Below, one piece after another: positions 9,947-19,191 of a DNA stretch of 64,000 bases. Source of the DNA: Trueperaceae bacterium. Lineage in GTDB: Bacteria > Deinococcota > Deinococci > Deinococcales > Trueperaceae. How positions within the stretch are numbered: the stretch's first letter is position 1; each line of letters starts with the position of its first letter. Under the pieces are notes generated by a model. It saw only the letters and a list, made by a program, of their open reading frames with translations. It did not search any database and was not told where the DNA came from. The stretch is from assembly GCA_965215565.1 (NCBI GenBank), contig CBDCDZ010000004.1, positions 2,176,001-2,240,000 on the forward strand, read 5' to 3'. The translations under genes were made by a program, and so were the position numbers.

Positions 9947-10674
9947 CGGTGAAAGCGGTCGAGTTGCACAACCTCTCGAGGCGTTACGGCGCGGTCTACG
10001 TATTGCGGGACATCAACCTCACAGTCTCGGCAGGTAAAACGGTTGTGCTACGCGGCGGCAACGGCGCGGGCAAGACGACCTTTTTGCGCGTGCTCTCGAG
10101 CAAGCTCCGCCCGAGTCGGGGCGGCGGCAAAGTTTTCGGGCATGACCTCATCAAAGAAGCCGCTCAGGTGAGAAAGCAGATCGCCTACTTAACCGTTCTA
10201 GGTGGCAGTTACGCGACGCTTTCGGCACTGGAGAATTTGGAATTCGCGGCGAAGCTGTACGGCAAGAGGTTGGGTGGGCAAGAGCTAGAGAGGATGCTCG
10301 GGCGTGTCGGACTCACTGGGGCGAAAGATAAACTGACGAGGACGTTCTCGAGCGGCATGAAAAAGCGCTTAGGCGTCGCGAGGCTCCTCTTGTCGGGCGC
10401 GAACCTCTGGCTTTTAGATGAACCTTACGCCGCGCTCGATGAGGGCGGTAAGACGCTCATTGACGACCTCTTAGTTCAAGCGAAGGCCGAAGGTAAGACC
10501 GTCATGATGGCGTCGCACGATCTAGCGCGAAGTGCGCGGTTCGCGGACAGCGTGTTGGAACTCCGGCAGGGTCAGCTCTTTGCGGCTTCGGCTCCAGTGG
10601 AAGAGGTGGCGCGGACGAACTCTGACGTGCCTGCGGATACGCCGAAGGTCAAGCTCGAGGCTGCCCGTGTCTGA
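9943..10674 (+). CDS. ccmA: Heme ABC exporter ATP-binding subunit
   Basis: Walker A GGNGAGKTT, FSSGMKKR, LLDEP; ATG overlaps the ccdA stop (the ORF-track 5' extension is spurious). Confidence 0.92.
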   Translation: MTVKAVELHNLSRRYGAVYVLRDINLTVSAGKTVVLRGGNGAGKTTFLRVLSSKLRPSRGGGKVFGHDLIKEAAQVRKQIAYLTVLGGSYATLSALENLEFAAKLYGKRLGGQELERMLGRVGLTGAKDKLTRTFSSGMKKRLGVARLLLSGANLWLLDEPYAALDEGGKTLIDDLLVQAKAEGKTVMMASHDLARSARFADSVLELRQGQLFAASAPVEEVARTNSDVPADTPKVKLEAARV

Positions 10675-11344
10675 CCTCGTGACCACCCTTGCACTAGCGC
10701 GAAAAGACCTCTTGCAAGAGGTTCGCAGCAAAGCTGTTACGGTAGCGACGCTCTTTTTCTCCGGCTTGGTGCTCGTCATCCTCGCTTTCGCCATCGGTCC
10801 GAGTGACGCCGCTCTAGCCAACGCCGCGCCCGGCGTGCTCTGGGTGGCGCTCGCCTTTGCCGGGGTCATCTCGGCGGCGCAGAGTTATCAGACGGAGCTT
10901 GAAGAGGGAGCCCTGGAGCAACTCCTGCTCTACCCCGTGCCGCGAGCAGTCATCTTCCTGGGCAAACTCGCCGCGAACTGGCTCTTCATGAGCCTCTTGG
11001 GGTTCATTCTCCTACCGCTCAGTACGACGCTTTTCGGCGCGTCTCTAACGGAGAACTGGGCGTGGCTCCTCCTCACGATTCTGCTCGGCACGTTAGGCTT
11101 TTCGCTCATCGCTACGTTTTACGCGGCGCTGACCGCGAACCTTAGAGCGAGGGAGTCCCTACTGCCCGTTCTGATGTTTCCCGTCGTCGTCCCGGTGCTG
11201 CTCGCGGCGGTGCGTTCCACAGGTGAAATCATGCGTTCAGGCAACCTGCAAATCGCGCAGGACTGGTTACAATTATTAGCAGGATTCGACCTCATCTATC
11301 TGGTGGTCTGCACAGCTATTTTCCCTTTTGTTGTTGAAGAGTAG
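10667..11344 (+). CDS. ccmB: Heme exporter permease CcmB
   Basis: ARKDL..E.RS, APGVLWV, E.EEGALEQL and LLPVLMFP motifs; GTG overlaps the ccmA end. Confidence 0.92.
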   Translation: MSDLVTTLALARKDLLQEVRSKAVTVATLFFSGLVLVILAFAIGPSDAALANAAPGVLWVALAFAGVISAAQSYQTELEEGALEQLLLYPVPRAVIFLGKLAANWLFMSLLGFILLPLSTTLFGASLTENWAWLLLTILLGTLGFSLIATFYAALTANLRARESLLPVLMFPVVVPVLLAAVRSTGEIMRSGNLQIAQDWLQLLAGFDLIYLVVCTAIFPFVVEE

Positions 11345-11422
11345 CGTGAACGTGAAATATTTCTATAGATGGTTATCTCGCTTGGTACACGCACCGACAA
11401 CTATGAAGTCAGAGGAGTACGA

Positions 11423-12166
11423 ATGACATCACAAACCATGAAACAAGAACGTCCGCAAAGGCGTCCCATGTGGCTCAACCTCTTCGGGCTCTTCGTCCTC
11501 GCCCTTCTCGGCGTCGGGATGTTCATGGCGCTCGTCACCTCGCCCGCAGACGTAAACCAGGGCAATTTGATTCGCATCATGTACGCGCACGTTTCCGTTG
11601 CGTGGATTAGCTTCGTCGCGATTGTCGCCACGGCGATTTTCGGCTCGCTCTTCTTGTGGCGCAGCAAAAAGATGGATGACATTTTGGCAGTCGCAAGCGC
11701 GGAGATGGCGGTGCTTTACGCAGGGCTTACGCTTATCGGCGGCATGACCTACAGCAAACCGACTTTGAACACATGGTGGACGTGGGACGCGAAGCTGACC
11801 TTGACGGCACTCATGTTCGCACTACTAGTCGGCTACTTTATCGTGCGCGGTTTGATTGATGACCCTGAGCGGCGTGGGCGAGTCAGCGCGGTGGTGAGCA
11901 TCATCACAGCGGTGAGCTTACCTTTTAACTATTTGGCGTCAGAATGGTTCCGCACGCTGCACCCAGCGAAGAGTGTCAACTTGGACGGCAGCGGCGTGAC
12001 GATGGAACCGGCGATGCTGCAAACGCTTCTTTTCAACGTCGCGGTGGCGGGGCTCATCTATGTGTACTTTATGTTTGAGCGCGTGCGCATCGGGCGGCTC
12101 GAGGCGAAGCTCAGCGAAGCGGAGGAACGCGAGAGCGCGCCACGTGGGGAGGTCGTTCATGTTTGA
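11423..12166 (+). CDS. ccmC: Heme chaperone/exporter CcmC
   Basis: IMYAHV, WWD-type motif KPTLNTWWTWDAKLT, RTLHP; AGGAG RBS before ATG 11423. Confidence 0.93.
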   Translation: MTSQTMKQERPQRRPMWLNLFGLFVLALLGVGMFMALVTSPADVNQGNLIRIMYAHVSVAWISFVAIVATAIFGSLFLWRSKKMDDILAVASAEMAVLYAGLTLIGGMTYSKPTLNTWWTWDAKLTLTALMFALLVGYFIVRGLIDDPERRGRVSAVVSIITAVSLPFNYLASEWFRTLHPAKSVNLDGSGVTMEPAMLQTLLFNVAVAGLIYVYFMFERVRIGRLEAKLSEAEERESAPRGEVVHV

Positions 12167-12296
12167 ATCTCTGAGCGCATGGGGCTGGGTCGCGTTCGCG
12201 TGGGCGCAGCTTTTTATCGCGTACGGTGGCTATTTGGGGTATCTACGTTGGCGTGAACAGCGACTATTACGGGAGGACGAGCAATTAAACGATTAG
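12159..12296 (+). CDS. ccmD: Probable CcmD (45 aa, one TM helix plus charged tail)
   Basis: MFESLSAWGWVAFAWAQLFIAYGGYLGYLRWREQRLL...; lies between ccmC and ccmE; GGAGG RBS. Confidence 0.75.
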   Translation: MFESLSAWGWVAFAWAQLFIAYGGYLGYLRWREQRLLREDEQLND

Positions 12297-12709
12297 TGTA
12301 CAGCGTAGCGGGCGTGGCAATTTTGGGCGTGGCGAGCTTCTTTATTTATCAGGCACTCTCCTCGAGCCTCGTCTACTTCATCTTGCCGAGCGAATACGCC
12401 GCGAGTCCGAGCGAATACGATGGGCAGCTCATCCGTTTGGGCGGTATGGTCGCCGAGGACAGCGTCAATTACGACAGCGACAACGTGACGCTCACCTTTC
12501 ATGTGACGGACAGCATCGAGGCGTACCCAGTGAGCTACCCCGCCTCACCGCCTGAGTTATTCAAGGAAAATACAGGCGTCGTGATTGAGGGCAGTTTCGA
12601 CGGGGACACCTTCATGGGTGATAACCTCTTGATCAAGCACAGCGAGAATTACCAAGCCATAGAGGGCGAAGAGGTTGACTTAGAACTCTTAAAGGACAGT
12701 TTGCAGTGA
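12284..12709 (+). CDS. ccmE: Heme chaperone CcmE (start ATT 12284 or GTG 12296)
   Basis: IRLGGMV, PELFKE.TGVVIEG, KHSENY (HxxxY) motifs. Confidence 0.93.
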   Translation: MKRLVYSVAGVAILGVASFFIYQALSSSLVYFILPSEYAASPSEYDGQLIRLGGMVAEDSVNYDSDNVTLTFHVTDSIEAYPVSYPASPPELFKENTGVVIEGSFDGDTFMGDNLLIKHSENYQAIEGEEVDLELLKDSLQ

Positions 12710-14700
12710 CAGATTTTTTTACACTTAGTTTGGGACAGTTGGGCGGCTCGAGCGTCCTCTTAGCCGTTGGCGTCATTATTTACGCGATTGTCGTGGGTGT
12801 TTTGGGCGCAGTTCGTCAAGATGCGCGGCTCCAGACTTCGGCTCGCTTCGCCGCCGTTGCCGCCTTTCTCGCGACGACGACTGCCGTGCTCGTCATGGAA
12901 GCCGCACTTTTAACGGATGACTTCAGCGTGAAATATGTGGCGGAGCACTCGAGCAGCCTCTCCCCGCTCTGGGTCAAAATTGTGACGCTCTGGGCGGCGC
13001 TAGAAGGCTCGGTGCTCCTCTGGGCGTGGCTGCTGACCGCGTACACCGCCGTTCTCGCCATGACCGCGCCGAATAACGCTCTGCGCCCCTGGGCGCTCGT
13101 CACCATGCAGATCGTGCAACTCTTCTTCGTCGGCATCGTCGCGACGATTGCGAACCCGTTTATCGTCCTCGCGAATCCGCCGCTGGATGGACCCGGACCA
13201 AATCCTCTATTACAGAATCACTGGATGATGGCGGTGCACCCCTTCTTAATGTATTTAGGCTTTGTTGGCTTGACGGTCCCCTTCGCCTTTGCGATGTCCG
13301 CGCTCATCACCAAGCGCCCCGGCTCGGAGTGGATGAGCCAGACGCGGACGTGGACCTTGACAGGTTGGGGCTTCTTGAGCGCCGCGATTATTGCAGGCGG
13401 CTGGTGGAGCTACGAGATTTTGGGCTGGGGCGGCTACTGGGCGTGGGACCCGGTGGAGAACGTCTCGTTCTTGCCGTGGCTCACAGCAACCGCGTTCATC
13501 CACAGTGTCCAGGTGCAAGAGCGGCGGCGGATGCTTAAAGCGTGGAATATCCTCCTCATCACACTGACCTTCGCCCTCACGATTTTAGGAACGTTCCTGA
13601 CGCGCTCGGGCGTCGTTTCGTCGGTTCACGCCTTCGGGGATGGACCCGTCGGACCTGCGTTTTTCGTCTTTTTCATCCTCACTGTGCTGATTTCATTCGG
13701 GCTTTTGGCACTTCGCTGGGACCAGGTGCAAGACCGGGCGGAACTCGACTCGCCGGTCTCGAGGGAGGGCAGCTTCCTCTTCGGCAACGTGCTCTTCTTA
13801 GCAATGGCGTTCACCATTCTTTTAGGCACGCTCTTTCCGCTCTTAGTCGAAGCGACGACGGGCAACAAGGTTACGGTAGGTGCGCCCTTCTTCGATCAGG
13901 TGAGCATCCCGATTTGGCTCGTCGTGTTCGCGCTGATGGGCGTCGGACCGCTCTTACCCTGGCGCAAGGCGGACAACCAATCTCTCTTGGTCAACCTCGG
14001 CTGGCTCGTCGGGGGGGGCGTCATCACTGGGCTCGTCGTGTACCTTTTGGGCGTACAGAAGCTTTATCCGCTACTGACAGTCGCGCTCGCGGGTTACAAC
14101 TTGGTTAGCGTCGGGCTCTTACTAAGTGGAGCGATTCGTCCGCGAGTCCGCGCGACTAAGCGGAGCGTTGCGTCGGTTTTCGGACAATACGCTTTGGAAA
14201 ACCGCCGCCGCTTCGGGTCCATCATCACGCACTTGGGCGTCATCGTCATTGCGCTCGGTATCGCAGGCAGCGGCGGCTACCGCGTGGACGAGCAGGTGCG
14301 CATCAACATCGGCGAGAGCGCAATGTTTAAGGGCTACGAACTCTTCGCGCAAGATATCTTCATGGAGCAGACGCCGGGACGCATCAGCTCGGGCGGCGTG
14401 GTGGAGGTGCGGCGCGGCGGCGAACTTGTGACGACAATGCGTCCGCAAAACAACCTCTTCGCGGGCTCGCAACAACTCGTGCCCACGCCCGACGTGTACT
14501 ACACGCCCCTTCACGACCTCTACCTCAATGTGAGCACGGTGCGTCCCGGACAGGACCACCTCATCTTGCGCGTGGTGCAGAGTCCCTTAGTCACCTGGAT
14601 TTGGGTGGGCGGCTTTATCTTGGCGTTCGGCACGGTCTACAGCCTCATTCCGCAACGTGAACGCAAGCCGCGCACAGAGAGTAGGGCGGTGACGGCGTGA
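12706..14700 (+). CDS. ccmF: Cytochrome c heme lyase CcmF
   Basis: NPLLQ, HPFLMY, WSYEILGWGGYWAWDPVEN, SVHAF motifs. Confidence 0.97.
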   Translation: MTDFFTLSLGQLGGSSVLLAVGVIIYAIVVGVLGAVRQDARLQTSARFAAVAAFLATTTAVLVMEAALLTDDFSVKYVAEHSSSLSPLWVKIVTLWAALEGSVLLWAWLLTAYTAVLAMTAPNNALRPWALVTMQIVQLFFVGIVATIANPFIVLANPPLDGPGPNPLLQNHWMMAVHPFLMYLGFVGLTVPFAFAMSALITKRPGSEWMSQTRTWTLTGWGFLSAAIIAGGWWSYEILGWGGYWAWDPVENVSFLPWLTATAFIHSVQVQERRRMLKAWNILLITLTFALTILGTFLTRSGVVSSVHAFGDGPVGPAFFVFFILTVLISFGLLALRWDQVQDRAELDSPVSREGSFLFGNVLFLAMAFTILLGTLFPLLVEATTGNKVTVGAPFFDQVSIPIWLVVFALMGVGPLLPWRKADNQSLLVNLGWLVGGGVITGLVVYLLGVQKLYPLLTVALAGYNLVSVGLLLSGAIRPRVRATKRSVASVFGQYALENRRRFGSIITHLGVIVIALGIAGSGGYRVDEQVRINIGESAMFKGYELFAQDIFMEQTPGRISSGGVVEVRRGGELVTTMRPQNNLFAGSQQLVPTPDVYYTPLHDLYLNVSTVRPGQDHLILRVVQSPLVTWIWVGGFILAFGTVYSLIPQRERKPRTESRAVTA

Positions 14701-15311
14701 GTGACCAGACCGACAAGGGTATGAGTAGCACTACAGTAGATAGCTCGAGCGCGGTGAACGCAAACGGCTTAAAACGCCTTCTCATCGTCGTCATCGTCGT
14801 GTCGCTGCTCGGTGCACTCTTCGCTTACGGGCTCCTGACCGATCAAAGGGACCGCTCCGACATCGGCTCGCCGCTTGTGGGTAAAGAATTGCCCGCCTTC
14901 ACCATGCCTCTTTTCAGCCGCTACGCGCCCGAGTACGGTGAGACCTTCGTCTACGCCGAGCACGCCGGGCAGCAGCCGATGGTGGTCAACTTCTGGGCGT
15001 CGTGGTGTGCGCCCTGCTTCGCCGAAGCGCCCGAGTTACAAGCGGCAGCGGAAGAATATGGCGGCGAGGTGCTCTTCGTCGGCATCAACACGCAAGACGG
15101 CAACCAAGAGAACGCTCGAGATTTCCTCAACCGCTTCAACCTTACCTTCCCGAATGGACGCGACGAGAACAGCCGCGTGAGCGTGGAGTACGGCATCTTC
15201 GGACTCCCTGAGACCTTCTTCATCAACGCGGACGGAACGCTCAACTACAAACACGCGGGACCGCTCACGCCCGGAATTCTCGCGGAGCAAACGCAAGCTC
15301 TGATTCAATGA
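14697..15311 (+). CDS. ccmG: TlpA/CcmG thiol-disulfide oxidoreductase
   Basis: N-terminal TM; VNFWASWCAPC and GLPETF motifs. Confidence 0.9.
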   Translation: MSDQTDKGMSSTTVDSSSAVNANGLKRLLIVVIVVSLLGALFAYGLLTDQRDRSDIGSPLVGKELPAFTMPLFSRYAPEYGETFVYAEHAGQQPMVVNFWASWCAPCFAEAPELQAAAEEYGGEVLFVGINTQDGNQENARDFLNRFNLTFPNGRDENSRVSVEYGIFGLPETFFINADGTLNYKHAGPLTPGILAEQTQALIQ

Positions 15312-15772
15312 AAGCTGTGATGATTAGATTTTTGACCCTTCTACTTCTCTTTGTCGCTTTCGCGGGGGCACAAGAGGTCCAACTCGAGGCGCAAGTCTTC
15401 GACATCGCCCGCGAACTGCGCTGCCCCGTCTGTCAAGCCGAATCCGTCGCCGATTCGAACTCGCAGACGAGCATCGAGATGCGCAACATCATCAACGAAC
15501 GCTTGCAAGCGGGCGACAGCCGCGCAGAGGTACTCGACTACTTCAGGGCACGATACGGCGACTGGATTCTCCTCTCGCCGCCCAAACGCGGCGTCCACCT
15601 CTTCGTGTGGGTGGTGCCTATCCTAGCTGGGCTCTTGCTCGTCGCCGGGCTCGTCTACTACCTGCGCCGCTGGACGCGCAACGCGGAGAAACCTATCGAG
15701 GCGGACGAGGCAGAGTTAGAGCGGGTAAGGCTCGAGCTAAACCGCCAAAGCCAAAGAGGGAGTGAGGCGTAA
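15308..15772 (+). CDS. ccmH: Cytochrome c biogenesis protein CcmH
   Basis: LRCPVCQ, RYGDWILLSPP motifs. Confidence 0.93.
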   Translation: MKAVMIRFLTLLLLFVAFAGAQEVQLEAQVFDIARELRCPVCQAESVADSNSQTSIEMRNIINERLQAGDSRAEVLDYFRARYGDWILLSPPKRGVHLFVWVVPILAGLLLVAGLVYYLRRWTRNAEKPIEADEAELERVRLELNRQSQRGSEA

Positions 15773-17052
15773 TGGGCATCGTCGTCATCGTCCTCCTGGC
15801 TGGACTCATCTTCGCCTACCTCGCCGTCCCGCTGCTCGTGCCGAGCCAAGCGGACCCGCTGCCGAACTTGCGCGACCCCATCACCCAAGACTTGGAAGAG
15901 GAGCGCGACGCCCTCTTCCGGGCGATTCGCGAACTCGATGCCCGTGAAGACCTTCCCGAAACGCGCCGCGCCGAACTCCACGCCCGCTATGAGGCGAAAG
16001 CGGCAAAGGTTTTAAGGGCACTGGACGAGCGTCAAGCAGAACTAAGGGGACAGCCCACCGTTAAGCGTCCTACCACCCCACGCCGTATTCCTTATGCGGT
16101 ACTGAGCTTGCTCGGCATCATGGTGGTGAGCGCGTCACTTTTAGGGGGCAACCTCGCCGCGAGAGTCGGCGAAGACGCCACCGTGACGACCTCGGATGAA
16201 GGGCAGCTCGAGGCAGGACGCGAACTTCTGGAGTTACAAAACGCCGTCCGCCGCGACCCCACCGAAGAGACGCTCCTCTCGCTCGCGGACGCCTACTGGC
16301 GCTTAAACGACGCCGACCAAGCCGAAGCGACGTATCAGCGCATCATCGCGGAGGTAGACCCGACACCCGCCGTCGCCTATCGCCGCTTAGGATTTCTGAC
16401 CTTGCAAGAGGACACGCAAGCCGCGCTAGGCTACCTGGAGCGGGCGAGAACCGCCGATCCGCAAGACTTGGAAACGCTCTTCGCGCTGGGTGAACTCTAC
16501 TTCGCGATGGGCAACGTTCAAGCAGCGGAGGAAACGTGGGAGAGCTACTTAGCTGCGCCTGGTGGAGCCGAAGATGGAGAGGTGCAAGCGAGGCTACAGA
16601 CGGTACGCGAACTCGCGCCGCTCGTCCAAGCTGCGACGGACAACCCGTCTGAGGCCAACCTCATCGCCCTCGCGGACGCCTACTGGCAGCGCGAAGAGCG
16701 CGAGAGCGCCTCGAGCGTCTACCTCCGCGTTTTATCGGAAGTCAACCCGAACAATGCCCAAGCCATGAGCCGCATCGGGCAGATGCTCTTTTTTAGCGGA
16801 CGCAACGAGGACGCGGTTGCAGCACTCGAGCGGGCGCGAACCGCGAATCCTGAAAACCTGCAAACGCTCCTCTTTTTGGGCAACGCGCACTTCAGCTTAG
16901 GGCAGTTTCAAGCCGCGATTGACGTGTGGGAGTCGTACGTCGAGGTGGCGGGCGGACCCGAGCGGGCGGGGCGCGTGCCGGGTTTGATTCAGGACGCGCG
17001 GGACAGGCTGAGCAACGCGCCACAAAATAGCCAAGAGGACGGGGCCTCTTAG
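15772..17052 (+). CDS. ccmI: TPR-containing cytochrome c biogenesis protein (CcmI/CycH-like)
   Basis: Two TM segments, coiled linker, duplicated TPR blocks (LADAYW twice); position in the operon. Confidence 0.75.
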   Translation: MGIVVIVLLAGLIFAYLAVPLLVPSQADPLPNLRDPITQDLEEERDALFRAIRELDAREDLPETRRAELHARYEAKAAKVLRALDERQAELRGQPTVKRPTTPRRIPYAVLSLLGIMVVSASLLGGNLAARVGEDATVTTSDEGQLEAGRELLELQNAVRRDPTEETLLSLADAYWRLNDADQAEATYQRIIAEVDPTPAVAYRRLGFLTLQEDTQAALGYLERARTADPQDLETLFALGELYFAMGNVQAAEETWESYLAAPGGAEDGEVQARLQTVRELAPLVQAATDNPSEANLIALADAYWQREERESASSVYLRVLSEVNPNNAQAMSRIGQMLFFSGRNEDAVAALERARTANPENLQTLLFLGNAHFSLGQFQAAIDVWESYVEVAGGPERAGRVPGLIQDARDRLSNAPQNSQEDGAS

Positions 17053-17061
17053 CCTCTGAGT

Positions 17062-17652
17062 ATGTCAGACACGCCATCCGATAAAGGGAAAAGAGCCTCC
17101 TCCGAGCCTCCAATGAGTGAAGAGCGCCGTACCGTTATCAAATGGCTCTGGCGCGTGCCGGTTCTAGCGACGCTCGCCGCAGCCGGCTGGGGCGTTAAAG
17201 AGGCGTACGACGTTCACTTCAACAAGGCGCGTCCAGATGAAAACCCGACTTTCACTCCGAAGGTTCCTCAGCGCGTCGCCGCTCTGTCTAATTTCGAAAA
17301 GGTCTGGAGCGCGGTTCCCTTCGTTTTAGAGGGAACGCCCGCGCTCGCTCTGCGCTTACCCGAGCCGATGGCGGGGGGGCTCGAGGCGAACGGCAATCAC
17401 TACGCCGCCTTTAGCCAGGTCTGCACGCACCTGGGCTGCTTGGTCAACCTGAACGACAACCTCGAAGCCATCAACTTCGCCTTTAACTACCGCACCGAGC
17501 ACCCCGCGCTAGTCTGCCCTTGTCACCTGAGCGTATTTGCGCCCTTAGAGTCAGGCAGAGCAGTGAGCGGTCCAGCGGTGGAGCCGCTTTCGAGGGTGCA
17601 GCTTAGGATGGAAGGAGATGCGCTCTTTGCGGTAGGACTGGAAGAGGTCTAG
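17062..17652 (+). CDS. Rieske [2Fe-2S] protein
   Basis: CTHLGC and CPCHLS motifs; RR followed by a hydrophobic N-terminal stretch; GPA.EPL. Confidence 0.92.
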   Translation: MSDTPSDKGKRASSEPPMSEERRTVIKWLWRVPVLATLAAAGWGVKEAYDVHFNKARPDENPTFTPKVPQRVAALSNFEKVWSAVPFVLEGTPALALRLPEPMAGGLEANGNHYAAFSQVCTHLGCLVNLNDNLEAINFAFNYRTEHPALVCPCHLSVFAPLESGRAVSGPAVEPLSRVQLRMEGDALFAVGLEEV

Positions 17653-17673
17653 GGGAGATTCTCGAGGAGATAT

Positions 17674-17886
17674 TCAGCGCTCGCCGAGTTTAACAATTTC
17701 AAAAACTCTTTGAAGCCCTTCGGTAGTCGGATCGTAGCCATAGTTTACCTGACGCATAAGCTCGGCGGCTTCCAAACGTTCTTCTGGCGTGCGGCTCAGC
17801 CAGTACGCTTTATCGTCACTCTCCTTGTGTAAAGACGCAACCGAAAAGGCTGTCTTATCGAGGCGGATAGAGGGAACGTCGCTCAT
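17674..17886 (-). CDS. Small protein of a family usually paired with a nucleotidyltransferase (putative antitoxin-like)
   Basis: DDKAYWLSRTPEERLEAAELMRQ.NYGYD pattern; TATGAT 7 nt before ATG. Confidence 0.65.
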   Translation of the reverse strand: MSDVPSIRLDKTAFSVASLHKESDDKAYWLSRTPEERLEAAELMRQVNYGYDPTTEGLQRVFEIVKLGER

Positions 17887-18003
17887 TCGCTACATCATAC
17901 CTTTTGCTCATAGAGGACACAGGGTCTATTCACAAGGTTGGAGCGATAGACTTATCTTCGTGTCACATCAACAGTTCAAATCAAGGTGATGCTCGGGGAG
18001 ACT

Positions 18004-18984
18004 ATGCATACTAAAGGTAACCTTAGACTGAGCGCTCTACTCGCCCTCTTAGCACTTCTTCTAGCGGCATGTGAGGAAGACGCTGTTACGCCTCAACCTG
18101 AAGTGGAGAGGCTCGAGACCCAAGCCTGCACGCGCACATGGCCGCTTATAGAGCGCGGTGACAGCAACCAGGCGGTGACGACGGCGCAGTACCTCTTGAG
18201 GGCGAATGGACAAAGTTTGAACGTAGACGGAGCCTTCGGTCCCGGCACTGAGAGCGCTGTTCAGCGCTTTCAAGCGGCGCGAGGACTCGCCCAGGACAGC
18301 AAGCTCGGTAAAAATACCTGGGAGGCGCTCGTCGTGACGGTGCAGAGCGGCAGCCGGGGCTACGCGGTGAGAGCGGCGCAGTATAAGCTCGGCATTTCGG
18401 TGGACGGGATTTTCGGCTCAGGTACGCAGAGTGCCGTCATCAACTTTCAAAAGGACAAGGGCTTGAGCGCGGACGGCGGCGTCGGTCCCGACACGTGGGC
18501 GGCGCTCGTTGGCAGCGTGAACTGCGCGAGCGGCACGCGGGCACAGTTGGCGCAGCAAATCTTAGATAGCAGCCGCATCACGCTCGGGACGAGCAGCAGC
18601 ACGCCTGGCGGCAGCCCACGCCAGAACATCCTCGATACGGCTATGGGTAAGCCGGTGAAGTCGGGCTGCTTCGACTTTTCGCGTTGCGATTCCACGGTTT
18701 ATCTCAGCACGAAACTGCTCCAAGCGATGCTCCAGATGGCGCAGAGCAATTCCTACTACGTGACCTCACTCGGGGGCGGGCGGCACAGCGCAGGCTCAGA
18801 CCACTACAGAGGGCGCGGGCTCGACTTAGGCATCTGGAACGCTCAGACGCTTAGCTACCCGAACAGTGCCCACACCTCCGCTCGCAACGCTTGCATAAGC
18901 GCGGGCTCCTATCCGGGACAAACCTTCAATGCTTACAACGAGCCACGGGGACACAGCAACCACGTTCACTGCGCGTTTTACTGA
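18004..18984 (+). CDS. Lipoprotein with tandem PG_binding_1 domains and a C-terminal LAS/M15-like metallopeptidase domain
   Basis: Lipobox LAAC; VDG.FG..T..AV..FQ...GL..DG repeats; SDHYRGRGLD...NHVH. Confidence 0.85.
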   Translation: MHTKGNLRLSALLALLALLLAACEEDAVTPQPEVERLETQACTRTWPLIERGDSNQAVTTAQYLLRANGQSLNVDGAFGPGTESAVQRFQAARGLAQDSKLGKNTWEALVVTVQSGSRGYAVRAAQYKLGISVDGIFGSGTQSAVINFQKDKGLSADGGVGPDTWAALVGSVNCASGTRAQLAQQILDSSRITLGTSSSTPGGSPRQNILDTAMGKPVKSGCFDFSRCDSTVYLSTKLLQAMLQMAQSNSYYVTSLGGGRHSAGSDHYRGRGLDLGIWNAQTLSYPNSAHTSARNACISAGSYPGQTFNAYNEPRGHSNHVHCAFY

Positions 18985-19039
18985 AGTTGTGCGCGGAGCC
19001 ACTACCCAATTGATTTAACTGCTCACGTAATACGAGGTT

Positions 19040-19070
19040 GCACGACTTAGTTTTGCAAACTAAGTCGTGC
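19040..19070. repeat. Perfect 14-bp stem hairpin (terminator or REP-like)
   Basis: gcacgacttagttt-tgc-aaactaagtcgtgc. Confidence 0.6.
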
Positions 19071-19191
19071 CCATCTGTGATGGTAAGCTCAGACGCCCTC
19101 AGTAAGGATAAGTAAACCGTGCAATTCCGTATAACCTCTCTTCCAAGCGGAGTGTCCACAAACGGAGCCCCGCCACCTGCTACACTGTCCC

